23,886 bases of DNA from contig JBLICC010000008.1 of assembly GCA_047631715.1 (NCBI GenBank), positions 1-23,886 of the forward strand. Direction: 5' to 3'. The notes beneath the pieces were generated by a model. That model saw only the letters and a program-made list of their open reading frames with translations. It made no database searches and was not told the origin of the DNA. Positions 7,659-16,849 of this stretch are shown here, in pieces (the stretch's first letter is position 1; each line of letters starts with the position of its first letter). The position numbers were made by a program, and so were the translations under genes. The DNA is from Alteromonas naphthalenivorans (GTDB lineage Bacteria > Babelota > Babeliae > Babelales > CAIQNR01).

Positions 7659-9032
7659 ATGAGAGCACCTCAAACATCTTCTTATAAAAATACCAACACC
7701 ACAGAACGTGCTTTAGGTAAAAGATTGCCAGCAGCTCTAGAAGCTGAAAGTGCGTTGTTAGGTGCTCTTCTATTAAATGACGATAATGTTGCACAAGCTA
7801 TTGAAGTGCTTACGCCAGATGACTTTTATGTTTTTGCGCATCGTATTATTTACGAAGCTATTGTTACAATTTCGCAACGAACCGAACGTCTTGATATTGT
7901 AACTCTGCAAAATGAGTTAGAAAAAAAAGACATGCTAGAAAAAGTAGGTGGACTCACTTATTTGCTTGGCTTACAAGAAAATATTCCTGCACTTGGATTA
8001 GTTACTCAGCATAGTGGAATCATCAAAGAAAAAGCTATTCTGCGTGAGCTTATTAATTCAGCAACAGACATTATTACCAACTGTTATAATCAAGAAGATC
8101 AAGAAATAAGTAATATTTTAGATAGTGCAGAAAAAACTATTTTTCAAATTTCTAATCGACGCACCGAGCAAAACTTTGTGCAACTAAACATTTGGCTAAA
8201 GAAAACGTTTCAACATTTGTCCGACATTAAAAGCAACAGTGGTGGATTAACTGGAATATCCTCTGGGTTTAGTGTTTTGGATCAAATGACATCAGGGTTC
8301 CAAAAAGGGGACATGGTTGTTTTGGCCGGAAGACCGTCGATGGGTAAAACAGTTATTGGTCTTAATGCCGCTGCACATGCTGCAGCCAGTGGGCTTTCTG
8401 TTGGGTTTTTCTCATTAGAAATGTCAGCGGAACAATTAACCTTACGTTTGTTAACATCGGAATCAACTATTGCTCATCAAGCAATTAGAAACGCAACTAT
8501 TAGTTCTGATGAATGGGTTGAGCTAACCAATGCAGCTGGACGACTGGCAGAGTCAAAACTATTTATAGACGACACTGCGGGCCTAGACATTATGGCCTTA
8601 CGCGCAAAAGCACGTAAGTTAAAAGCACAGCATGGCGTAGATATGATTGTTATTGATTACTTACAGTTGTTGCATAGTGGCAAAAAACACGAAAATCGCC
8701 ATCAAGAAGTTTCCGAAATTTCTCGTGCACTCAAAGCATTAGCTAAAGAGTTAGAGATTCCTATTATTGCTTTATCTCAGCTTTCTCGTGGAGTTGATAG
8801 CCGTATGGACAAACGTCCTATGCTGTCTGATCTTCGTGAATCTGGTGCGATTGAGCAAGATGCCGATTTAATTATGTTTATCTATAGAGACATTGTTTAT
8901 AATCCAGACACAGAAAATCCTGCATCAGCCGAGCTTATTGTAGGTAAACAACGTAATGGTCCAACCGGTGTAGTTAATTTACATTTCTTAAAAGAGATCA
9001 TGAAGTTCGAAGACGCAGCAGATTCGTTCTGA
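7659..9032 (+). CDS. dnaB: Replicative DNA helicase
   Basis: Walker A AGRPSMGKT, FSLEMS, IDYLQL, LSQLSR, SDLRESGAIEQDAD, KQRNGPTG. Confidence 0.98.
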   Translation: MRAPQTSSYKNTNTTERALGKRLPAALEAESALLGALLLNDDNVAQAIEVLTPDDFYVFAHRIIYEAIVTISQRTERLDIVTLQNELEKKDMLEKVGGLTYLLGLQENIPALGLVTQHSGIIKEKAILRELINSATDIITNCYNQEDQEISNILDSAEKTIFQISNRRTEQNFVQLNIWLKKTFQHLSDIKSNSGGLTGISSGFSVLDQMTSGFQKGDMVVLAGRPSMGKTVIGLNAAAHAAASGLSVGFFSLEMSAEQLTLRLLTSESTIAHQAIRNATISSDEWVELTNAAGRLAESKLFIDDTAGLDIMALRAKARKLKAQHGVDMIVIDYLQLLHSGKKHENRHQEVSEISRALKALAKELEIPIIALSQLSRGVDSRMDKRPMLSDLRESGAIEQDADLIMFIYRDIVYNPDTENPASAELIVGKQRNGPTGVVNLHFLKEIMKFEDAADSF

Positions 9033-9065
9033 GCGATTCTCTCTAAAAAAAGAGGGGTATGAGTA

Positions 9066-9557
9066 GTGATTATGTTAGGAATAGATCCTGGGTTTAGATT
9101 TGCTGGCTTTGGGGTGGCAAAGAAAGAGGGGACACGTGTCTCGATCTTAGATTATGGCTTTTTGCGCTTGCAACCAACCAAACCACTTGTGGAAAGAACC
9201 GGCTTATTTCATTCCTTTTTTGACGAAAAAATAAAAACTCACGGTGTTACACATCTTTCTTTAGAAACACCGTTCTTAGGCAAAAACGCACAAAACTTTA
9301 TGAAGCTCGGTTATTTACGTGGCATCTTATATCTCTTGACCCATACGTATAAACTAGAGCTGCACGAGTTTGCACCGCGTCAGGTTAAGTCCGCTATTAC
9401 AGGATCTGGGGCTGCAAGCAAAGAGCAGGTTGCACGCGTTATTTATCAATTACTACCGCGCTTAAAAGCTCCTCAACGTGATGACGTTACCGATGCTTTA
9501 GCAATTACATTGTGTGGTTTATGGCAACAAAAAAACCCGTATCACATGCTAAAGTAG
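9066..9557 (+). CDS. ruvC: Crossover junction endodeoxyribonuclease
   Basis: LGIDPG, LETPF, VKSAITGSGAASKEQV, DDVTDALA. Confidence 0.96.
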   Translation: MIMLGIDPGFRFAGFGVAKKEGTRVSILDYGFLRLQPTKPLVERTGLFHSFFDEKIKTHGVTHLSLETPFLGKNAQNFMKLGYLRGILYLLTHTYKLELHEFAPRQVKSAITGSGAASKEQVARVIYQLLPRLKAPQRDDVTDALAITLCGLWQQKNPYHMLK

Positions 9558-9674
9558 TTTGAAAAACTCTTGTAATAATCTGCTCATTGTTTATACAATA
9601 AAAAGTGATGGAAAAAAGGAAGCGTTCATTAAAACTATCGATCAACATTCTTGAGCAAACAGGGAGGCTCAAAA

Positions 9675-10133
9675 ATGAAGAACTTAGAATTGCAAGAATA
9701 CGAGAGCACCATCATTGGAACCGGGGGACTATCTAAAAGAATAACAGCGCCGTATACCGAAGCTGAAATTCTTTACCTACAAACAATTTTCACAACCCCA
9801 GGTGTGCACACACTTGCCGTACCAAATATACGGGCAGGTCGCACCATGATTATGGAGCAACTCAAAGTACTCCAATGGCACCAAGAAATAGGGTTCTTAA
9901 CAGCAGACCAATCGGCTCGATGTTTATCCGCACAGAACATTCTAAAATTGATAGACCAACCCATAGACCAAGAGAATATAGAAACGTTCTTTATAGAGCA
10001 TTTTTATTACGATTTTCTATGGATAGAAACAACACACGGGCTCTTGAATATGCCATGGATTTATTCGTTTGAGCAGCAGTTGTTTAGTTATCGTTTAGAT
10101 ACTATGATTCCAATAGTGATACTTACATATTAG
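9675..10133 (+). CDS. Hypothetical protein, possibly a degenerate P-loop/RecA-like fold
   Basis: RBS GGGAGG before ATG 9675; YDFLWIE and IPIVILT strands. Confidence 0.7.
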   Translation: MKNLELQEYESTIIGTGGLSKRITAPYTEAEILYLQTIFTTPGVHTLAVPNIRAGRTMIMEQLKVLQWHQEIGFLTADQSARCLSAQNILKLIDQPIDQENIETFFIEHFYYDFLWIETTHGLLNMPWIYSFEQQLFSYRLDTMIPIVILTY

Positions 10134-10152
10134 TAATCAGCAAGCTTATAGA

Positions 10153-10180
10153 GAAACTGATAATGACTATTATGTTAAAA
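10153..10180 (+). other. dif-like XerC/XerD recombination site
   Basis: GAAACTGATAA-TGACTA-TTATGTTAAAA. XerD arm is 10/11 identical to E. coli TTATGTTAAAT, left arm ends ATAA, spacer 6 bp. Intergenic between convergent gene blocks. Confidence 0.75.
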
Positions 10181-10192
10181 AACTAAAAGAGA

Positions 10193-10238
10193 GTATCAAA
10201 GGATTCTTCGTACGATTTCTACGAAATCACTCAGGACA
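10193..10238. repeat. REP/MITE-like repeat unit overlapping the 3' end of the 10227-11450 gene
   Basis: ATTTCTACGAAATCACTCAGG is identical to 5059-5079. Confidence 0.75.
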
Positions 10239-11450
10239 ATTAGATGTATTGATTTCAGGAAATTCAAAACTTGTTTCACCATGTTCATTGATCCACATAT
10301 GTGGAGATGTAAGAGTGTCGTCGTCATGAGAAACAGAACCCCCGTAGTAGATTTTATTACCATAACAAAGTGGAGAAAAATGATGGCCATCATGGTCGTT
10401 CGTAAGTTCTTCTGAAACACCTGTTTTTTCGGAGTATTTATAAAGCCTTAAACCAGTTCCCGAATCATGCGAATAGTAGATAGCATCTTGATGATACAAA
10501 GGCAAAAGTGGAAGGATCGACTCGTACAATCTTTCTGGGTAATTGCGCTGTGGCATAAGAAGATGCAAAGGTATGCTAAAATCAAACAATTTTTTAACCT
10601 GCACATCTTGCTGACAAGAAAATGTATAACATTCAAAAGTCATGTGTTCATCATTTTTATTAATATTTATCGGATGTGTTAAGAAATAGCCTTTATGCTT
10701 ATTTTTCATACTTAAAAAAGCCAATTCTTTAGACGTATCTTTCCATACATACAATTGTTTTTTTGTGGTTGGATCAAGATATGTTTTAGAAAATAAATCG
10801 TTTTCTTCTTCGAATACTTTTTTTAACTGTTCCTGAAAATCTTGTTTTTCTTGGTTCCATGATCGTTGAGGTATATGGCGTAAAGGATATTCAGCTTGTT
10901 CTATAGTCATTTCTCCCTCATCGTCTTTAGTAAGATAAAAAAGACTCTCTTCTATTTTTTGAGGGTACATATAGTTACACAAAGTATCTCGAGTTAAATA
11001 AAACAACTCCCCTTCTATTGTGGCATGAAATAAATTAAGACATCCACGTTGACGAGCACAAAAATAAAATGACTCGCTATCAATCCATTCAATGGTTGTA
11101 AGGTCATAAGGACCATAAGGTAGATCAAGGGTTCGTGGTGAGCGTTTAGCAATATCTTTAATACGTATTCTATCGTTATCAATAAAGCTAAAGGCTTTTT
11201 TATGAGAAAGAATTCTAATTCCGGCTGGGGTAAAAGAAGAAAGCAGTCCTTTGACTGCTTCTAATGATTCTGGATCCCAAAACCATAACTCGAGATGAGA
11301 ATCTTTTTGATACAAAACACAGATTTTTTCTTTTCCGTCATGCGTAATAACGGCAACAGGATATAAAAATTCTTGGAACATTATACTGTGTACAGATGCA
11401 CACCACATAAATAATATGTAAAAAACAAAATATTTTTTTAAGCACAACAT
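10227..11450 (-). CDS. Hypothetical exported protein, beta-rich (possibly propeller)
   Basis: 407-aa ORF with signal-like N terminus, 12 nt downstream of the S8 peptidase gene. Confidence 0.75.
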   Translation of the reverse strand: MLCLKKYFVFYILFMWCASVHSIMFQEFLYPVAVITHDGKEKICVLYQKDSHLELWFWDPESLEAVKGLLSSFTPAGIRILSHKKAFSFIDNDRIRIKDIAKRSPRTLDLPYGPYDLTTIEWIDSESFYFCARQRGCLNLFHATIEGELFYLTRDTLCNYMYPQKIEESLFYLTKDDEGEMTIEQAEYPLRHIPQRSWNQEKQDFQEQLKKVFEEENDLFSKTYLDPTTKKQLYVWKDTSKELAFLSMKNKHKGYFLTHPININKNDEHMTFECYTFSCQQDVQVKKLFDFSIPLHLLMPQRNYPERLYESILPLLPLYHQDAIYYSHDSGTGLRLYKYSEKTGVSEELTNDHDGHHFSPLCYGNKIYYGGSVSHDDDTLTSPHMWINEHGETSFEFPEINTSNCPE

Positions 11451-11462
11451 TACATCAACCCT

Positions 11463-14213
11463 CTATTTTACTGTGCCGTATGCACCCTTAATTCTTCGTT
11501 TTGCACTATCTGTAAAATGCCCCAACATATCAACTTTTTCTTGTAAAAAAAGTTCTTTTAATTCTTTAAGAACATCTTGATGTAAATGTTTCTCAATAAG
11601 TGTTCTTTCTGTATCTGACAAAACTTTCTTATTTGCGCCATAAAGAACTGCATTAGTTACAAACTCAATAGCTTTATCTAAAGAGGTAAAGAGTTCTTTA
11701 TGATGATGTTGATGAGCAACTTTACGTGCACTGTTAAAGTATCCCATAAAGTTGTTTTCAAAATGAGCAGTAATGTCATGTTCTTTTGCAAAACTTTCTA
11801 CCATTCCAAAAAGCACCGTATGAATCGCTTCGCATAACCGATCGAAATCTTGCTCTACATGTAGCTTTACAAGCTTAGATTTCTTTTCTTTTTTAGGAGT
11901 ATACATGACTATCTTGTGAGTAAGTATTGTTTTAAGATTCTTAAGAACATGTAATTTAAACAATACTGTTCTAAAATCTAAAGCTCCTAAAAGTGCTTTC
12001 TTTTGCCATTCATCGGAATCTTCCATACGCAGCGCTGAAGAATAACAAAGAGCAAGAAACTTTTCTCGTTCTCCAGATGTAAAGAGACCAGAAAATTCTG
12101 CTGTTAATAATGCACTAAAGCCACTTAAAATAGGAGCGGCAGTAGAAGTACCTTGTAAAAAGATATACATAGAAGATTCTTTTTGTTGAGGAACAACTCC
12201 ACAACTTAAAATGTTTTGTCCCGGGGCCACAAATTTTGGACCCACACCTTCTTGATATTGAGAAAAAGCAGGAATATGACAATGATATTCGTCTTGCTTA
12301 TCTTTGTATAACACAAAAGCTCCTGCATCAAACGCTACATTCGAAAAGCGCGCAGGGTATCCTTCTCTGTCTGCTTGATAACCACCCATTCTATCTTGTT
12401 GCGCATTTCCCGATGCTGCTGCAATATAAGGAATTCCTTTTAATGCTTCTTGCAAGCTTTGTGATTCTAGTTCGGCAATATCCATATGATCGTCTATCTT
12501 AAGGCTTAAGTTAAGAATTTTTGCACCCTGCTCTTGCGCCTTTTTAACTGCCTGAGTAATGATGGAGCGATTAGTTGCAAATCCAGAACTTTTAAATGCT
12601 TTAATCATAACCAGTTCACATTGTGGAGCAATTCCGCAAATTCCAGAATCTTGTTCTAATAATTGAGCCACAGTGTCTTTATTGAGAGCTTCTGGAATAG
12701 AAGGTTGCAATAATCCCCCAATAATACCTGCTGTATGTGTTCCATGACCCGCTGTATGCAGAGTAGTCCATCGACTATCAAGTTGTTGTGATGAGGTAGA
12801 AAAGAGATTAAAAGGTTTTTTTGCCAAAGTAACTAAGGGCATAAATTCAAGAATTGCCTTTTTTCCATTATTAGGTGGCCCAAGCGTAACAAGTGTATAA
12901 TCAGGTGCATCTTGTCCTTTAGGATGCAACCCTACCTCACTATAAAGAATTTCATTCAAAGCAGTCTGCCCATATTTTGATAATTGTTTTTTATCTTTAT
13001 GTACAAACCCAGGCTTACCATTTTTAAGTAGATATTCTTTAATTAGTGCAATGCCTACCTCAAGATCTTCTTTGTTTTCTAAATAAGTACGTATCCAAAG
13101 AGGAAGGATTTTTTTTATGTTAGAAAAATTACGCTTTGATTTTTCGGTATGCGATTCTATAAGCTGAGCAAGTTGTTCTGTTTTATCCAGTAAACTTGTA
13201 TCTGAAGATACTAAGTTATAATTAAGTTTTTCAAAGTCTTCTTTCATTTGTAAATCTTGATTACTTTTATACTCAGCTTTCCCTATCACATCAAAAGCTG
13301 CCATTCCCGTATCTACGATAAAGACCTTGCTCCCCTTTCCCATTTTGGGAGCCAACTCCCACAAAGGAAAAGCATGTGGTAAAAAAGGATACATAAGTGG
13401 CCAAAAAGGCGCTTCGAGTCGCAAACCTGTTGTTGGGATACTTTGCCACCAAAAAAGATACGGTGAAACAAGTTTCTTTTTCTTAATCTCATGCTCTTTG
13501 TTCTGAGTGTTATGATAAAAAGAAGTACCATTAAGTAACGATTTATTCACAATATCAGGACCATTTACTACTACACTCTCTCGCTGAGCAAGAAGCTTTT
13601 TATCTTCTTTGTCTAAAGATTGTGTATCAGCATTACGCTTACAGGAATTCAAAGAATCTACAGTAAACGTAAGACCTTGTAGTATCGGATACCCCAGATT
13701 ACTTTCTTGAGAAATATGCCGAGAAAGAATAACATGTTGATCTGTATCAATAGATGCATTAATACCATGCTTAGCTATCATTTTGCGCAATACTTCTAAA
13801 AAATGCTTTTCTGGAATACCATCGGGAATATAAACAGAAAAACTTCCTAAACTATCATTTCTACGCACAATAAAAGCTTTATTTTTTTGACCTTGGTAAG
13901 CAATAGCTTTTTGATGAAAAAAGACCTCATAGTATAAATTAGTAAAATACTTATAAATACAAGTCCACCAAGAATCTATTTCCTTAAGCTCCAAGGGATG
14001 AATCTCTGGAATTAAAAGACCATCTCTTCTTAAATCCTTATTTACGCTTTTAACCGCACCTTTAACACCTTCTACCCAATCCAGGCATTGTTGGTCATCT
14101 TTTGGTTTTTGATTGAATTCAATAGTAATATGACGAGTGTCACGACGATTAATAGAAGTATTACAAAGAGAAAAAGATAAAAGAATAAGTAGATACAGAT
14201 GCGTTTTTCTCAT
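11463..14213 (-). CDS. Secreted S8 (subtilisin-like) serine peptidase
   Basis: Triad motifs IVDTG, GHGTHTAGII, GTSTAAP; oxyanion AASGN; VAPG. Likely start MRKTHL at 14213 after AAAGGA. Confidence 0.9.
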   Translation of the reverse strand: MRKTHLYLLILLSFSLCNTSINRRDTRHITIEFNQKPKDDQQCLDWVEGVKGAVKSVNKDLRRDGLLIPEIHPLELKEIDSWWTCIYKYFTNLYYEVFFHQKAIAYQGQKNKAFIVRRNDSLGSFSVYIPDGIPEKHFLEVLRKMIAKHGINASIDTDQHVILSRHISQESNLGYPILQGLTFTVDSLNSCKRNADTQSLDKEDKKLLAQRESVVVNGPDIVNKSLLNGTSFYHNTQNKEHEIKKKKLVSPYLFWWQSIPTTGLRLEAPFWPLMYPFLPHAFPLWELAPKMGKGSKVFIVDTGMAAFDVIGKAEYKSNQDLQMKEDFEKLNYNLVSSDTSLLDKTEQLAQLIESHTEKSKRNFSNIKKILPLWIRTYLENKEDLEVGIALIKEYLLKNGKPGFVHKDKKQLSKYGQTALNEILYSEVGLHPKGQDAPDYTLVTLGPPNNGKKAILEFMPLVTLAKKPFNLFSTSSQQLDSRWTTLHTAGHGTHTAGIIGGLLQPSIPEALNKDTVAQLLEQDSGICGIAPQCELVMIKAFKSSGFATNRSIITQAVKKAQEQGAKILNLSLKIDDHMDIAELESQSLQEALKGIPYIAAASGNAQQDRMGGYQADREGYPARFSNVAFDAGAFVLYKDKQDEYHCHIPAFSQYQEGVGPKFVAPGQNILSCGVVPQQKESSMYIFLQGTSTAAPILSGFSALLTAEFSGLFTSGEREKFLALCYSSALRMEDSDEWQKKALLGALDFRTVLFKLHVLKNLKTILTHKIVMYTPKKEKKSKLVKLHVEQDFDRLCEAIHTVLFGMVESFAKEHDITAHFENNFMGYFNSARKVAHQHHHKELFTSLDKAIEFVTNAVLYGANKKVLSDTERTLIEKHLHQDVLKELKELFLQEKVDMLGHFTDSAKRRIKGAYGTVK

Positions 14214-14306
14214 TAATAATTCCTTTATTATAATCACATCAAGATATCATGAACATAAAGAAAACACTAGATTGTACGCAACAGTATTCTGTGGTTAAAT
14301 TAAGCT

Positions 14307-14347
14307 AAAAAAATTCCACCGCACTGACCGAAATCAATGCGATGGAA
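14307..14347 (-). terminator. Intrinsic terminator on the minus strand
   Basis: Minus RNA UUCCAUCGCAUUGA-U-UUCG-G-UCAGUGCGGUGGAA-U7. The stem needs G-U pairs available only on this strand. Confidence 0.8.
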
Positions 14348-14407
14348 AAAAGGAGAGTAGTAATGAAGCCTTATTAAAATGGTGTCTTCTCTAAGAGAAA
14401 AACACCT
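14307..14407 (-). ncRNA. Candidate antisense-acting small RNA (may extend 5' to ~14495)
   Basis: 5' hairpin (14381-14406), unpaired CUUCAUUACUACUCUCCUUUU segment, terminator. Upstream TTGACA at 14442-14437 and 14529-14524. Confidence 0.5.
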
Positions 14408-14500
14408 GAGTTAAGGTTGCCTAAAAATAACAAATATGTCAAATTTAAATATTTAAAAGAGACGCCTATTTAAGGTACTCTTACGCATAACTCTCTTCAT

Positions 14501-14529
14501 ACTGTAATGAATAAGTTTGCTATTGTCAA
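14501..14529 (-). promoter_or_regulatory. Sigma70-type promoter pointing into the recF-S8 intergenic region
   Basis: TTGACA (14529-14524), 17-nt spacer, TACAGT (14506-14501). Confidence 0.6.
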
Positions 14530-14572
14530 ATGAATTTGTTTTAAAATAACCCCTTTACCAAGGCCCTTTCAT

Positions 14573-15646
14573 TCATATAGAAACTTTTAAGCTTGGTATA
14601 TTCTTTCGATTCAAAAAAATAAGCTCAGGACCCTGTTTAATAGGAGAAGCAAAGATAATTTGTACTTCTAAATCCAAACAGGCAGACATAAGTGTTTCTA
14701 GGTTTTCATTGTCAAAATCGGTCATAAAATCATCAATTAAGAGAAGAATGTGCTCTTTGCCGTGTAAAGCAATAAGATGGCTTACTTGAGCGATTTTAAG
14801 CAATAGAACAATAAGCTTCTGTTGGCCTCGAGAAGAAAAGAGTCGAGCCTTCTTTTTATTAAGGACAATCTCTATATCATCTAAATGAGCCCCAAAGAGC
14901 GATCGTCTATAACGTTTTTCTCTTTCGAATAAATGTGTGCTACGATCTACAAAAGCCTCAAAGCTCTCCCCTGCTTGAATCTCTTTCTTATTATACCTAA
15001 GCACATACTCTTTATCTGGCCAATAGCGCTCGCATAAACTCTGAACATGCTTAACCAAACCGGATAAATAGATTTCGCGATGTTTTTGAATGTCTTGAGA
15101 CAGTTCCCATACTTTACGAGTCCAAATCAGAAATTCATCCTGAGAAATAACATTACGCTGCAAAAGCGCATTTCTTTGATCTAATACCTGTTTAAACTGT
15201 TTGTATACTGTAGAAAGAGAACTTTCTAAAAGTATCAAAGCATGATCTAAAAATGATCGTCTTTTTTCTGGACTGCCTTTTACAAGCAAAAGATCATCTT
15301 CAGTAATCGTTACAACACGGTAATACTCTCTAAGTTCTTTATAAGAGGTGATAGGTTTCTTATCAACCTTAACTTGTTTTTTACCGCCGCTCGATCCAAC
15401 CGTTATAGAGTGATCTCTACAAGTTGCATTAATAAAAAAGTTTTCAGATTCAAAAGCAATTAAGTCTCGCGGAATATGTGTTCTAAATGATTTAAGATAA
15501 CAAGCATAATGAAGTGCTTCTAATAAAGATGTTTTTCCTGACCCATTCAACCCTTCTATCACCACAATGGGTGAATCAAGATCAAATGTCTGTGAGGAAA
15601 AACATCTAAAATTTTTTACCTGTAATCGCTGGATGCAAACTGTCAT
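14573..15646 (-). CDS. recF: DNA replication and repair protein RecF
   Basis: VKNFRC, Walker A GLNGSGKTS, KSFR, G.PEKRRSFLD, SSRGQQK, LLIDD; ATGA overlap with dnaN. Confidence 0.95.
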   Translation of the reverse strand: MTVCIQRLQVKNFRCFSSQTFDLDSPIVVIEGLNGSGKTSLLEALHYACYLKSFRTHIPRDLIAFESENFFINATCRDHSITVGSSGGKKQVKVDKKPITSYKELREYYRVVTITEDDLLLVKGSPEKRRSFLDHALILLESSLSTVYKQFKQVLDQRNALLQRNVISQDEFLIWTRKVWELSQDIQKHREIYLSGLVKHVQSLCERYWPDKEYVLRYNKKEIQAGESFEAFVDRSTHLFEREKRYRRSLFGAHLDDIEIVLNKKKARLFSSRGQQKLIVLLLKIAQVSHLIALHGKEHILLLIDDFMTDFDNENLETLMSACLDLEVQIIFASPIKQGPELIFLNRKNIPSLKVSI

Positions 15647-16770
15647 CGATTTGAGTTAGCAGAAACCGGCATCACTAAGTACGTAAGATTATATTTTTCT
15701 TTTTCTTCCGTTTCAAAGATGATAGGTTTTGCTGCGCTGTTTAGATAGAAAGTTAATTTGTCATCAGAAAACGCATGCAACCCACTTAACAAGTATGGTG
15801 CATAGAAGCGTAGATCAAGTGCATCTCCAGTAAACTCTCCTAGAGAAATCTTCTCCTCAAGTTTACCTACTTCTTTATTGGTCATAGACACATCAACGTT
15901 ATCTGCTTTAAATCCAAATTCTGTTGCAATAAATTGCCCAGAAAGCAAACAAGCCGATCGACGCAATGTTTTAATTAAACTGGTTCTATCGATACGTGCT
16001 GGCACAAAACCTTGTCGATTAAGAATCGTACTGTATTCAGGAAACTTAGTTGAAAGCAATTTAGTGAAAAAATTAAATGATTCACCAGAAAACACCAATT
16101 GATTTCCGCACGTTCCTAAAAATACATATTCTTCACTCGAGCCTTCTAAAATCTTTTTAAGTTCTAAAATAGCTCTACGTGGTAGCAACCAACTTTGTGG
16201 TTTTTCTAATTTATATTTTTGTGTTTTAATTTGAGCTAAACAATGACCATCTGTTGTAGTCAAAGTCATACATTCTTTAGTTAATTCAAAATACAAACCA
16301 TTCAAAGCAGGGTTTGCATTATTTTGAGGAATTAAAAAGGCTACTTTATCAAGCAGTGTTAATACAAAAGCTGATTCCATTTGCATAAGATTTTCGATAC
16401 GCTCTGGGAACGGAGGAAATTCTTCTGCATCTTTTATGTTAAGTGCTAAATGAACAGCGCCTGCAGTAAGTGCAAGTTGGCTTTTGGTGATTGTAAAAGT
16501 GATATCACTCTCAAGTTCTTTTACAATATCAAACAAACGCTTACCGCTTACTAAAAATGATTTTGTTTCACGCAATGTACATTCTTTAAGCCCATAACTT
16601 GACTGTAAACTTACTTCAAGATCGGTACTTTTTAGAACAAGTTCTTTTGGGCCAACACTAAAAAGAATACTCGCTGTTGCATCAAGTGTTGTACGTTTAG
16701 AACAAATCGGTTGCATTGAAGAGAGAATAGAAAGCAAAGGCTTCTGTTCGACTACAAACTTTTCTGCCAT
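15643..16770 (-). CDS. dnaN: DNA polymerase III beta sliding clamp
   Basis: STDLEV, AEEFP, LNG, TTDGHCL, KFPEY, C-terminal YLVMPV; likely start MAEKF at 16770. Confidence 0.95.
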   Translation of the reverse strand: MAEKFVVEQKPLLSILSSMQPICSKRTTLDATASILFSVGPKELVLKSTDLEVSLQSSYGLKECTLRETKSFLVSGKRLFDIVKELESDITFTITKSQLALTAGAVHLALNIKDAEEFPPFPERIENLMQMESAFVLTLLDKVAFLIPQNNANPALNGLYFELTKECMTLTTTDGHCLAQIKTQKYKLEKPQSWLLPRRAILELKKILEGSSEEYVFLGTCGNQLVFSGESFNFFTKLLSTKFPEYSTILNRQGFVPARIDRTSLIKTLRRSACLLSGQFIATEFGFKADNVDVSMTNKEVGKLEEKISLGEFTGDALDLRFYAPYLLSGLHAFSDDKLTFYLNSAAKPIIFETEEKEKYNLTYLVMPVSANSNR

Positions 16771-16849
16771 TTTGATAGACCTTATAGTAAGATACATACG
16801 TTATTTTTTATTAAAAATTATAATACAGTTGCTGCTGTTTTGCAAAAAA

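Noticed and set aside
14307..14495. 6S RNA, tRNA or known riboswitch
   Set aside because: No rod-like end-to-end pairing, cloverleaf or aptamer consensus I can recognise; an Rfam search is needed to exclude these fully.
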